Of a stretch of 64,000 nucleotides of DNA, positions 13,359 to 26,653 are shown piece by piece; positions within the stretch are counted from its first letter, which is position 1; each line of letters begins with the position of its first letter. The stretch is from Adineta vaga. Taxonomy: Eukaryota > Animalia > Rotifera. The stretch is from NCBI GenBank assembly GCA_021613535.1, contig CP075497.1, positions 3,410,001 to 3,474,000 on the forward strand, read 5' to 3'. The notes under the pieces were generated by a model, which had not been told where the DNA came from, did no database searches, and worked only from the letters and a program-made list of their open reading frames with translations. The translations under genes were made by a program, and so were the position numbers.

Positions 13359-14245
13359 ACTTATTTTTCTTTCTTTCTTTCTTTCTTTCTTTTTTGTTTG
13401 CTATATATAACGAAGGAGAGCAACTATAATATCAGCCTTTCTTCTTAATGTATTTCTGTCTATCTATATTTTTACATTTCGTGGGCGCTGCACGTATATT
13501 CTAGTTTATCTTAAATGAAGGGAAGACAGACAATTATTAACTAACAGTAAAATACTTTTTCTTGATATTCTAGTCTACTCAAGTAATCCATATTTTCTTT
13601 ACTTTATGAATAAAATATATATATATATACTAGACTCAAGGAGAAAAAAATTCATTTGGATTGTAGAATGAAGATGATATATTTAATCTCATTCCAGCAT
13701 TTTCACAAATTAAGGAAAAGACAGCCGCATTTCTATGATTGACATGCAAAGAGCATGTTCTTTCTCGTATTCAATTAATTAAATGCGATTGAATGAGTAT
13801 TTTTCCATTCGAGAAAATCAGACTAATCGTGGTTTTCTTCTAGTAGTTAAAAATTTTATTGGAAAGATTTCTATATCTAATGATGACAAGATCAAAATTA
13901 TCTATTCGATATTAGACAATCGTAAATGAGGTATCCTATCTTTCTCCCATAGACATCAATCTACATATGCATCCCGCTCGTTGGTTTATCTGCCTACATT
14001 ATTTCTTTGCTTTTATATCGTCGCCATTGAGATTTGAAATATATCCTTAAATGTCACGTGTCAACACTTGCTATATAATTTGTATTTACATAGAACAAAA
14101 CAGAGAGACGTATTGATCAAAAACTTAGTTGTTTTTTTTTATCCAAAAAATAATCCAGAAATTATTTACAAAAGAACAAATCAAAATAGTCTGATCAACA
14201 AAAGATTATATCTTGCATAATCTGAAAATGAAGATACAGATAGTT

Positions 14246-14785
14246 TCATTGATTGGGCGTATCGAATACTAATGTTGTACCATTGGTTGGAACTTTTATA
14301 GGTTTCATATTCATCCAAGGATCCTCCAACATATTTGCTCGAAAAAATCCTTTAAAATTGCGATTAGAATAATTAGTTGTGGTTGGTGGATATTCATTAT
14401 TGTCGAATGATTGTTCTTGTTGATTGAAATTTGAATCACGATTTTGTTGACGATAACCACCACCACCACCACGTTTATTGTAAGGATAACGAGGACGTTG
14501 TTGAAAATCTATAATGATAAATTGATTCATGAAAAGTTTTGTACTAGGAAAAATTTAACTAACCTCCTTGTGCACGCATTCGTGGATTAGATGTTGGATA
14601 AGGACCTAACGATTGCAATAGATAATCATAGTAAATAAATGAATAGAAAATTTACCTTGATAATGACTATGTCCTCGAAAGCGTGGCTGCTGCGATTGTG
14701 TAGAATCTTGCCAGACTGGTGGATTGGAACCAAATGAATGATATGGATCATACGATTCATTTGGTGGATTCTCTTGAGGATTCAT
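14246..14785 (-). CDS. MPLKIP: MPLKIP/TTDN1-like protein (3 exons)
   Basis: The protein is small and G/P/Q/R-rich and ends in FFRANMLEDPWMNMKP, resembling the conserved TTDN1 C-terminal SMLEDPW motif. Confidence 0.7.
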
Positions 14786-15022
14786 ATTTCGAATTCAACA
14801 AACTGATCTTTCTTACGAAAGATGAAATTATTGAAAATAAATTTATGGAGAGAATGAAAAAAAATGACGGACATTTTCATTGGTTGATTTTGAATCGAAA
14901 GAGAATATTTCAATGCGACATCACAATGGTCGTTGCTTAGCTTCCAAAACATCAAATGGCAATGAGAAACGTTCTTTTTTATTGCAAACAAAAACTTTAG
15001 ATAATCATCTATTTATTGTCGA
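14786..15022. promoter_or_regulatory. Short bidirectional promoter (MPLKIP / CFAP43) with imperfect RFX X-box-like site GTTGCTTAGCTTC at ~14932
   Basis: The divergent ATGs are 237 nt apart, and an X-box half-site lies upstream of a ciliary gene. Confidence 0.45.
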
Positions 15023-18000
15023 ATGGCTGTACGAGCACATCGTTTACAATCAGCAAAACCTCTAACTATTTCACGATGGTTTGATTGAAATTAATTGATG
15101 AATTCATTTCAAACGAAATTTCCCTATTTAATTTAGGTGGAGCAGTGGTTACTATGGTCAACCGATTGCTTTTGTCGATCAATCTGTACTTTTCTATGCT
15201 ATCGATGATGGTTTACGTTTTCAAGATTTTATTGATAAAGATTATCAACAATGTACAACATTACAAGCGAATGGAACTGGTGTTGGAACTATTGTATAAC
15301 TTTAAGTTTTGTTTAAAAACAATTTATATGTTTTCTTTTTTGTTTCTAGGCTGGAAATGCTGATATGCATATATTTGCTTATGCTGATTATCAAAATCCA
15401 CCTGTCATTCATCTACGTGAATATCCGACTATGAATGAAATAAAACAATTTACTAATGGTGCAGAATTTGAATATAGTGCTTTGGAATTTTCTGCAACTG
15501 ACGAATTATTATCATTATCAACAGCACCAGATTATCTTTTAACTATTTGGAATTGGCGTACTGGAATGAAATTAGCTCAATGTCAAACAACTAAAAAAGA
15601 ATTAGTAGAAATTAGTTTCAATCCTAATTCTTGGTATGATATTGGCATACTTTATCGTGATCAAATTAATTTCTATACATGTGAACGACGAAATGATAAA
15701 TATACTCTATTTGAAAGACAATTACCTTTAGAATTATTTAATCAAACAACAGCACATAATCAACCAACACATCAACGTTCACAAGTTTCATATCCAAAGA
15801 AAAGTATGAGAAAATATAAGTTAATGATTTTTTTTCTTCAAATTTTCATCGAATATATTTTTTAGTTGCGGATGTTATTCGACAATATTCAGGTCGATTT
15901 TCATACACTTTAGTTGATAGTACCATTGGAATTGATCAAGGTGTAAGTGTTAAACTTGTTGGTAAGTTAATTTAAATTTTCTAGTTTAAAAACGAAAACT
16001 TCGAAAAACAAAAGAATGTCTATTATCCTAAACACTGATTTCGTTTCGTCATGCTAGAAAGATGTTTTCTCTTTGGTAAAAAAGTAAAATTTTCATATAT
16101 CATTTTAGCATTTGATACTGAAAATGAAGAAGCATTTCACACGTATGTCGATGCACATGTTGAACTTGTAGCAACATCATTCTGTTGGGGAGACAAAGGC
16201 TATGTTTTTATTGGTACCGCTGATGATTCACTTGTTCAAGTCATACTTCAATTTGATCGTGAACGACAACCATTTCGTACAACACGTTTCGCTGGTGACG
16301 AAGTTTCAAAACCTTCCGCTTCACTTGGCATGTTCAAAAGAATTCGTTTACATCAACAAGGTCTATTTTGTGCTGGTACCGATGATATCGTTCGTTTAAT
16401 TACATTTGAAAATCAAGATGGACCATTACGAGAAGCTAATAATGTTAATGATATTATGGAATTATCATCTAAATTAAAATTTCTTACATTCAATCAAACC
16501 TATGATACTTTGTTTGTCTGTTCAACACAAGGTATTGATTTTATTGATTTATTAACTCAAGAACAAAGACCATTACCACTTATTCCAATTGCTCTTGGTA
16601 AAATTGTCGATGTTGCTATTCTTAATCCAGAAAGTGAATTAGCTATAACTGTACGAGATACAGGTGCATTAGAAGCTTGGTCTATGGCTGATGGATCAAG
16701 AAAATATATAACAAGAATTGAAAATCAAACAATTAGTCATATTGTTTCAAATCCTGTTGTACCATTGATTGTTGTGACAACAACAACAGGTATTTTCTAT
16801 TTTTTTCAAGTTAATACTCATGGTTTTCGTCTTCTACATCGTGTTCGTGTGCATTCGAATGATGTACGTTGTATTAAATTTAATTCTCATGGAAGAATTC
16901 TGATTTCTGCTGGTATTGATAATAGTTTATTTATTATGGAGATAAGAACAGAAGAAGTCTCAGCAGAAGATATGTTTCATATTATTTATCGAACAGATCT
17001 TGAAGGAGAACCATTTGCACTTGATTTGGAAGATTTTGATAATCATAAGAATGCAAATTCGGATCCAAATGAACAACAAATAGAACATGATGTTGAACAA
17101 AATGAAAATTCGAAAGATAAATTAAATGAAACACGAATTATTATTGCATTAACAACAAAGACAGAGAAACACGGACGATTTCTTATTCTTGATTTTGATT
17201 GGCAACAATATCGAGGTGAAATAATTTCACAAAAAGAGAAATCATTCTCTTATTGTTTTATTCGATTCTAGATGTTCGTAATTCATCATTAACCGATACT
17301 ATTATCAATGATTCCAATACAAAAATTATTACTAAAACTATCTTTGCTATTCATGAAACAATCGAAGATTTCTTAATTACAGCAAAAAATCAATTAATTA
17401 CAATTGGAGGAAAAGTTTTACGAATGTGTCGTATACCTGATGAAGTTGGAAAGGTAATGAAAAAGAGAAAAAAATACATGTGAAAGATAGATTTATATGT
17501 ATATCTAAACAGAATAAAATTGAACGACGAGGACGACGAGGCGTGAGAAAATCATATGATTTCTTTTTTTTTGCATATTGCTATTCTATGCTGGAAGATA
17601 ATTGATTTGATTTAAAATCATGAATGATTATTTTTCTCTCATACAGGATTCGAAAAATCGTCGATTGAAATCCAAACGAGATGTATAACAAAATTGCTCT
17701 TGATTTTTTGCTTTTTATATTTTTGTTCTCAGTGATCTTTTCATATACATTCATATTTGATATATATTTAGATAGGAAAATTAATCAGTGTTGAAGCACA
17801 AGATTCTCTAGCTGGATTGCCTTCTTCAGGTGGTCATTTATATAAAAATCGAGCTGTACCATCATGGATTCTTGGTATTAGTCGCGATGGAATTCTTTCA
17901 ATCATTCGTGCTTCAAATATGGTACATTCATTTTGCTTGAAATAAGTTCTAAACTAGTTTTATTTTTGTTTTCAATAGGCAGTAGAATCATCCGTACCAG

Positions 18001-21000
18001 CACATAGTTCACTTTCTGGTGGTTGTCATAAATCAGCATGGAGTGTTGATTCGAAATATGTTGTTTCTATTGGTGAAAATAGTTCGATTGTTGTTTTCCA
18101 AACGAAGTAATGGAAATCATTTCTTTGAAAGTATATAACGACTAAAATATGTCATTATTTAGATATGCGGGTAGATTAACATCACGTACTGGTCATTCAT
18201 CAGAGGAATATAATCGTTCAATGAGAAATCTATCAAATTTACCTACATTTAACAATATACCATCAGCTTTCTATGACAATCTTCATGAACGATTTGTATG
18301 ATTTTCTTTTCTTTTCTTTTTATCGAGTAAGTTGTTATTCCTTTTGTTGATAGACTAATTATCAAACAAAATTTCAAAATGCAAATATGATACCACCATC
18401 AGCACCGAAAGAGGAAGCATCATGGGTACAATTGAAAGAATATGAGGTTAATTTTGACCAAATCTTTTGAAATACAATTACTTAATGAATGAATATATTT
18501 TCTAGGCAACATTAGAACATCTTGATACACATTTAGCATCAAAAATTGAAATTCGCACTGAACTTGAACATATACGTAAAGATGTATGACTTTGCGTTGT
18601 GTTTTTGTTGTTATATAAATAATTCATATTTGTTGTGTATAGATTCGTGATTTAATGGCAGTTAATAATAAACGAGAAGAAAAAGCTCAACTTGATCAAC
18701 GTGAATTCGATTTAGATGCTGAAGAACAAGAACGACAACGTAAAGAACGTGATGCAATGATTGATAAAGTAAATCATCGATTTCTTTCTCAAAGGCGTCA
18801 TTTTCCATGTTTAGATACGTGATGAAACTATCACAGAAAATCTTACTCGTTTAATGAAACGTGAAGTTATCAAACAACAATGTTGGGATGCCATGGCTGT
18901 CAAAGGTCGATGTATCGAAGTATGTTCTCATCTTAATTCTACATTGATTTATTCGAAATTTGATCAATTAAGGGTATTGTCAATCCAAATCGTAAACAAC
19001 TCGCACCAATTGTAGTAGAAAATTATCCATTGATACCACGCAGTCTTGAAGAATTAGAAACTGTTCGTCAAGTAATTGAACGACGTCGAATTGAAATCGC
19101 AGAAAAGAAATTACGACGACAAATTTTCACAGATAATCCGACGACAAATGAAACAGGCGCAGAGGTATGAATAATTCTGGGTTTCTTTTCTCATTCATGG
19201 TTGTTGTTTTTTAGCACGCAGAAGCCTTAGCACAAGAAAATGAAGAAGAACATAATAAACAAACGACACAATCTACTGCATTAATCGGTTCAGTTTGGTA
19301 AAGAAAATTTCGCGAAAAACAATACTCATTTAAATAGCTAAATATTTGTCATTTTAGTAATGAATTTCAAGTTGATAGTTCTGTACTTTACAATCAATTT
19401 GAATTATATACTCAAGAACAAAAATGGACACAAATTGCTTTATTAAATGATTTAATCTATAAAATAAAAGAAGCATTCAATAAAGAATTTGAAAATGTTC
19501 ATCAGCGTAAATTACAAGAATTAGCGAAGATTCGTGAAAGAAATATGCGTATTAAACAAATCAATTCGGATTTGGACGATCCAAGTCCCGTGTGGGAACC
19601 GGATTTGACTGAGAAGGAAAAACCACAATTATTATTTGAAGTCAAAGATTCGGAGGTAGGATGAAATTGATTGAGATAAAGTTAATCTTGTTGTTTTTTA
19701 GATTAAATCAGAACGATATTATACACCGGAACAATTGAGACAATTAGAAGAACAACGTTTGAATGAAGAACGTCGACGAGAATTAGAAAGACTTGATAAT
19801 TGGCGTGAACGTGGTTTAAATGATATGATGAATGGAGTTTTACAAGTTCGACGAGAAGATGAATTGAAAAAAGTTTGTTATTCATCATTATTTTGAATTC
19901 AAAAAGAAATGAAGTACTTCGATTGATTTAGGAAATTCCTAAACCAGCTTTTGCATTGGAAAAAGCTGAAGAAGATTGGACAGATTTGGAAAAACAAGCT
20001 TATCAACAATATTTACAGAAAGTTAAAGAACAACAAGAAGAACGAGAGAAATTACGAAAAGTTTGTTCGAACGGAAATCTCGAAACTATCCATGCATGTT
20101 TTCATTTCTTCAGGTTTTAACTGCAGAATCTATTAAAATTAATGAACAAATACAAGAAAATTGTCAAGCATTCGAACAAGTTTTATCCCAATTACATCGA
20201 AGACGTATTACAGCTCAAACAGCTGTTCTTCAAGTATGTTTCAATCACATTTAAATGCTAAGAAAATTGACTTTCGGTTTTCTTGTAGGAAGAATTGAAA
20301 ATTAGTCGTATAACATTTTCCTTAGTTAAAGATCGACTTATTATTCAATTAGAAAATACATATAAAAATCGTTCTAAATCATTAGAAAATAAAGTTCAAG
20401 AACTTGAACTTTCAAAACGTGCTTTAGAAGATGCACTTGTCAAATCTGATGCTGAAAAACGACGATTGAAAGCTGAAGATACATTTGATAAACAATTTCC
20501 ACGAGAATTTGCTGATGTGCCCTCAGCGTTACAAGATTCATTGAAACGTTTATTAGTCAAACGATCGAAGTATGTTCAATTCTTTTTCTATATTTCTCTT
20601 CAACTCTTTTGTTCCAGAATCAAACAAACAAGACCACCTGATGAATTAAATCCATATTCAGCACGACAAATACGTCTAATTGAACTTGAATTGGATAGAA
20701 TTCAAGTAGAAGCGGATGCACTTACAAATGCACCAACAAATATTATTCGAACTGTTTGGGAACGTTTTGTAGAATTCCGTAAACGACGTACTGAACTTGA
20801 ACGACAAGTAAGTCAATAAACAGTGATATTATCACATTAGTACATTGCAAAGAATCGATTACATATTGCATGAATGAAATCAGTCAAAGTTTGTACAAAC
20901 AAAATTCTTTACACCTAGCATATATTCAGATCGAGATAATTACACTTCATACTTACCAGAAAGCATGCGATATCTGGTAAATCTCTTCACAACTATCATA

Positions 21001-22635
21001 AACTTGAATACAGAAATCTACGATTCAATTTGAGAATGAAACATTCACAGCTAAGAATAGAACTTATGTTTTTAAGAATTATTAAAAGATATTAACTATG
21101 ATACGATTAGTACGAAAGGCTTCTCATCAATATAAAACATTGCATATAATTCTGAAAACTCTTTCTTGGTTTCCTATGAATTAGGAATTCATACAAGAGG
21201 GCATTGATGAAGAGACTTTAAAATTTATTCAATCAATTGAAAATGGAGATGATTCAGAGGTGGGTTCAATGTTGTCTTTATATTCACGACATATTATCAA
21301 TCATTTCCCCCATATATATATATATATATCACCTATTCTTTGGTCATTATCACTTTAGAAAAACCTGCTTTTGAATTGAAATATTCATATGTTAGAAGAC
21401 ACATTTGTTTTATTTTTTTTATGATTTCATAGAAAATCATTCATTCTATTCGAACGAATAATCAATATTTGTATCGATTTCTAATTTCAGTTACGACAAC
21501 AAGAACAAGAAGAAATAATGATAAAAAGTTTACGAAATTTCCGTGATGGTGAATTAAATCGAAAAAATAGTGAACTTGATCAATTACAAAATCTTCTCAT
21601 AAGGTATGTATTCCTCTTTTCTGATTTTTATTTGATTCATATTTCTATTTTATAGAACTAAAGATGATCAGATTGATGATATTATTGATCTCTATGTTCA
21701 AATCGTTCTTAAACAAGGTCAAGTTGAAATCGATTCTAAACCAGCTGATTTACCACCAAATGAATATCGAAATACCGACGCTGAACTTATTCATCGACGT
21801 GAAGTAGAAGATTTGAATAAATCAATTATTGTATGTTGCATTTTTTAATTTAATGTTAAACTGCATCTTTCTTTCTTTGATATAGGAATCAGCAAATTTC
21901 AAAATTCGTCAAATGAATAAATCTAAAGGTGTAATCAATGACATAACATCTATGTCATGGTAAACTTATTTCGAATATTATCTACAATATATGTTCTCTT
22001 TTGCTTTCGTTTAGGGAAAAAGAGAAATTAATTTATGAAATTGCTGATTTAAAACAACGTGCACAAGATATCACATTTTTGAAAGTAACAAGAAATGTTC
22101 AAGAATATTTGTCATGTTCAGATGATGCAGCATATGAAGTACAAAAACAACGTGAATTACAAATGTTAGAAGCTACGATTGAAAAAATGAAAGAAGTATA
22201 TAGAACTTTGTTGAATTTCTTGGAAACTTTCATTTTGTTTTTTCTTAAGCGTTTTGGTGAACAACAAATTCTCAAAGAAAATGATGTACAAAAATTACAA
22301 CATGATAATTTATCTATAGCTAATATAACTTTGGCCGTTGATGAAGCTCTTCAAAATGCAAATGTGAATTTATATGAAAGAAAAAACATCATCGATCAAC
22401 GAAGTAAATTCTTTTAATTGTGAATTGAAGAATAAAAATCTTTCTTTTTTTTTGGAAAATTTTAGTTGTTGAACAATCTAAAACTGATCAACAAGAACGT
22501 ATGCATCAAGTAGTACGTCGACGTCGTTTAGTTGATTTAGCAAAAGCACAAGCTCAAGAAGTTGCTTATCTACGTGCTGAAGTTGAACGTTTACGTATGA
22601 AAACATTTCCAGCTCTCGTTCAAATTGAACATTAA
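15023..22635 (+). CDS. CFAP43: Cilia- and flagella-associated protein 43 (WDR96), many exons
   Basis: N-terminal WD40-like repeats (PDYLLTIWNWRTG, RVHSNDVRCIKF), then CWDAMAVKG, RERGLNDMMNGVL, VLKQGQVEI, and the conserved C-terminus LVDLAKAQAQEVAYLRAEVERLRMKTFPAL. Confidence 0.92.
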
Positions 22636-22710
22636 CAATTTGTTTCTTTCTTTTTGACACATTTTATTTCACAGAAGATTCTAATAAATAATTTGAAATC
22701 TACGTCTATT

Positions 22711-25307
22711 TTAAGATGAACTGATCGAATTAAGAAGAGTTTCTTCAGGATTTGTATGAGGTCCATTTTCAAAAAATTCATCAGCATTTGTTGTATGCGA
22801 TTTTTTATTTGTATGATTCATTGAATTCATAATTGCATGAAGAATTTGTTTACTAACATGTTTATTACCATCGGATTCATGATCATTCTCTGTTGTAATC
22901 AATGGATGCGATGATTGCGTTTTCTTAATTGGAAAACTACTCTTAACCGTTGGTGGAAGTTGTTCGGATTGAGGTGTTTCATACACAGTTTGTTCATCAT
23001 TTTGATTTGTTTTATTTTTACGAGTAATCAATGTTAAAGGAAATGATGGTTGTCCTTTTTTCTTTCGATTTCCTCCTTTATCAATTAGTCCATGACTTTC
23101 TTTTGACCATTGCCAACGTCGATCAGGAAGAATATCATCGACAGAAGGTGACGTTTGTTGAAGTGGATTAAGATTTAATGTAGACGATTCTTCAATAAAA
23201 ACATCACCTTCACTTTTACATTCTTCATCTTCATCATTAAGTTCAGAATGATGTGCATGATCATCTGTTGGATGAGAAAATCTACAAGGAAAACAAATTA
23301 TTCAACAATAAAAACATGAGTTTTCATACGAACCGATTATCATCTTCGACTTTGCTGAGAATTTCTCCATCAGTACTGGATAATTTTTTTTGATATTTTG
23401 TTTTACTCGGTCTTTGTTCAACAGGTGATACGATGGTCGTTTCACATTCTTTATGTTCACTAAGATCTTTGTCAACTTCTTTCGGTGATTTATGATGTAC
23501 TTTATTTTCATTCGTTTTTTCTTCATGATCGCACTCATTTTCTTCGTCAATTCTTGATGGTAATTGTGGTGATGTTGTTTCCGATTTTGTCGGCTCATTA
23601 ATGCTTGCATTTGGTACACCATAAACACGATTATTATCTAAGGATATTGAAGTGGCAAGAGTTTTTCCTTTTTCAAGAGGTGACGTTGCTTTTTTTGTTG
23701 GTAGAATTTTTTCTTTTTCATTCGTTTTCTTCTTGATTTTCGAGGATTTCTTCGATTTATCAACGGGTAAATCTTTTTTAATATTTTCAGTTTTAACTTC
23801 AGCCACTGCGTCTTTATGTCCTTTCAACCAACGACGACGTATGTTTGGTTTTGGTACTGTTGTTGTTGTTGATGATGAGGGTTCTTTTTGTTTTTGCGGA
23901 TATTTTTTATTATCATGATGATTGGATGTACGTTTATCGTAAACTATTTCTTGACGATGTCGAGAACGAGATACACCTGTTCGATGATGCTGTTGACGCT
24001 GATGATGATGATGAGGAGGAGGAGGATGAGGATGGTGATGAGGATGACCTTGTGAATTGGTTTGAGCTAAAGAACTCATTGCCGTAACTGTATAATCATC
24101 ATCATTGGCAGTTTTTTGAGAAGGAGTTCGTCGTTTAAGAATAATATCTCCATGAGCAGGTTCCAAGACATGTGCTCCTTTTCTTGATTCACGAGTCATC
24201 ATTGGTCCTATATGTCCATCGCGATACTGTTGTGTCGGATGAATATTTCGACTTCGATGAGAACGAGTATATTGATGTTGTGCTTCATATGGTATTCTTT
24301 GCGGTGATACAGATTGTTGTAAAATATGTCTTGCTGGAGGACTTAAAGTACGATGAGAAGATGTTTGAAATGAAGATGAGATCGATTGTATGCGACTATT
24401 ATTATTGATACCAGTAGTAGTACCTAGTTTGATTGTTGATTCAGCTTGCGCAGCAGCTGCTGCTTGCATTTCAAAGGCTTTGATTTTTTCAAGTACATTT
24501 CCGTCTTTGACAGCTTTCTGTAATGTTGAATGTACACGATCTGATGCTGAGAATGCTGTACGTATTGAACGACTAAAATGAAAATGATTGTGATTCTGTA
24601 GAAAAAGAAATTATATTCTTTTATGAAACTTACTGTGTTGATACTCCTTCAGTTATAATCATTTGTTCATTAACAGGAAGAAAACCACCTGTATTTCCAA
24701 GTATAGCTTTTGGCAACAACTGACTTATAGTTTTATCTCGAATCAATGGTGAACTTGGTGAAATTGAATGAACAGATGTTGCAATATGATCATTATTACT
24801 TGGAGGTCGGACATGATTTTGATCGAATATATCATCTTCTGAAGGCATAGTTTTATCGCTTATTCGTTGTGTACTATCGTTTATTTCAGATTTCAATTTA
24901 GCATGTGGAATTGAGAAAAGTAATTGAACTCCATTATAACGACCATTGGATGGATCTCGACTATGTTGTTGATAAAATGAATTAGCATGAAGAAATTGTC
25001 GCATCTGTTTCATATCAGTTCGATCAGTTGTTTCATTACCCATCTGTTCATTTAATTTCGTTCGCCACGCAGCCCAATCATGAACATTAATTGGATTTTT
25101 ACTCGTATTATCATCGCCAGGCGAAGGTATATCAGTCATATTCCTACCAGTTCGTGTTGCTGATCGATGACGTGATGGCGATGCCTGTTGTTTACGTTTC
25201 TCACCAAAGATCAAACGTCCTTTTCGATTAAACTATATAACAGAATACTAATTTTTCATTCATCACTTACCTAACATCGTAGGTTTACTATTTCCACCTT
25301 TAGTCAT
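22711..25307 (-). CDS. Uncharacterised low-complexity/disordered protein (His/Lys/Ser-rich), ~4 exons
   Basis: Long ORFs 24630-25214, 23324-24469 and 22711-23031 can be joined by short GT-AG introns. I recognised no domain. Confidence 0.65.
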
Positions 25308-25923
25308 TGACGGTCTCTTTCGAAGAATTCTTCAACTGATTTCAATCATCATAATATGTTTGTGTCTCCTTTTCAATCTATGAAATGATTATAATCTTTC
25401 ACTATTTCGTTTTCTCTCTTTCTCTTCTAATTGATTCGTGTCAAAAGTCACTTGTATCGATCGATGATGACAACGTCAACGACGACCGTGAAGGCGGAAA
25501 GTAATCGTTTGCATACAAGCACAGCTTTGTTGACCGAAAACTTTTGAGAAGAAGACTCTCGTTCAATAGAGAGAAAGACAGAGAGAGAGAGAGAACAAAG
25601 AACGAAGATATGCATACACAGGGATCAATGTAAACATGTGCACATGTAACCCTTGACGTTCTTTTCCTCCTACTCATCCACCTTCGACTATTATTACGTT
25701 GACATGTGACTATAATCAAGACAATCAATTCGTCACATATACATATTAGTAGTTATAAGAGAAAATATATAATACTTTCGTCCTTTAGATCTTAATCTAT
25801 GCCAAACTTTCATTTCTACATGCAATAGTATTATCTCCGTTGACCTTCATCTTATTAATTTCTTTGTTTTTATAATAAAATCAAAATAACATAATAATGA
25901 TGAAAAGACGAAACATAGTCTTC

Positions 25924-26346
25924 TTATTTTCCTTGATTTGTTTGAGAGATTTGTTCTGGTTTAAGAATACCAGCTTCTCCTGCCTTAGTTACATAATCTT
26001 GTAGAGCATGTTCAATCGCACCATCTCGACTTTTGTAATTCTTCGATTCACCTCGAAGATTTGCATCTAGTGTTGGACACCAAAATTGTCCACCCCATAC
26101 CCATTTCCATCGATAAAATGATCCACGAAATTGTGATTTACAAACTGTACCAAATGCATTCACGTCCTGACTATCTTGCCATGTACCATAATACTTTTTA
26201 TATAACTCTGAACCTACACCAAGTCCACAGGCCATCCAATTGAGAGACAAACATGCAGGTGGAATTGTGTCCACTGCTGATATATGGTGTATTACCATTG
26301 ATAAAATACATAGAATAGCTACGATACGACCGATTTTACTAACCAT
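25924..26346 (-). CDS. Secreted anti-lipopolysaccharide factor (ALF/scygonadin)-like antimicrobial protein, intronless
   Basis: A signal peptide is followed by GTW...FGTVC-x20-WCP...LRGES...SRDG...ALQDYVTKA...GIL. This matches the arthropod ALF pattern GLW...LGHxC-x20-WCPGW..IRGEA.TRS.SG...A.DFV.KA...GLI. Confidence 0.85.
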   Translation of the reverse strand: MVSKIGRIVAILCILSMVIHHISAVDTIPPACLSLNWMACGLGVGSELYKKYYGTWQDSQDVNAFGTVCKSQFRGSFYRWKWVWGGQFWCPTLDANLRGESKNYKSRDGAIEHALQDYVTKAGEAGILKPEQISQTNQGK

Positions 26347-26653
26347 TTTCGAGTAGAATTGTATTCGTTTAATAATAAACTTTACCTTTTCAACCTTTTA
26401 TATAGATTACTTCATTATACGTAGACAAGTATGCGTAAAGCGAGATTCATACATGTATGCATCTCTAGAGTTGAATTTGCATAGAATTGTATGATAATGG
26501 AAGAAGAAAAAACTTTGAAATGATTTATTTATTTGTGAAAGAAAATATGCATAAATTAATATCAAAACTTGGTTGTATTCAATTAAAAGCATTTGTAAAA
26601 TATTAAAAAAAAATAATATTTAACAAAGAGAAGAAAAGAAACGTATAACAATA

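Noticed and set aside
13400-14240. Possible ncRNA (SL RNA, snRNA, tRNA) in the NDUFAF7-MPLKIP intergenic region
   Set aside because: I could not identify a cloverleaf, a convincing Sm-site/stem arrangement or box motifs by eye. An Infernal/Rfam scan would be needed.
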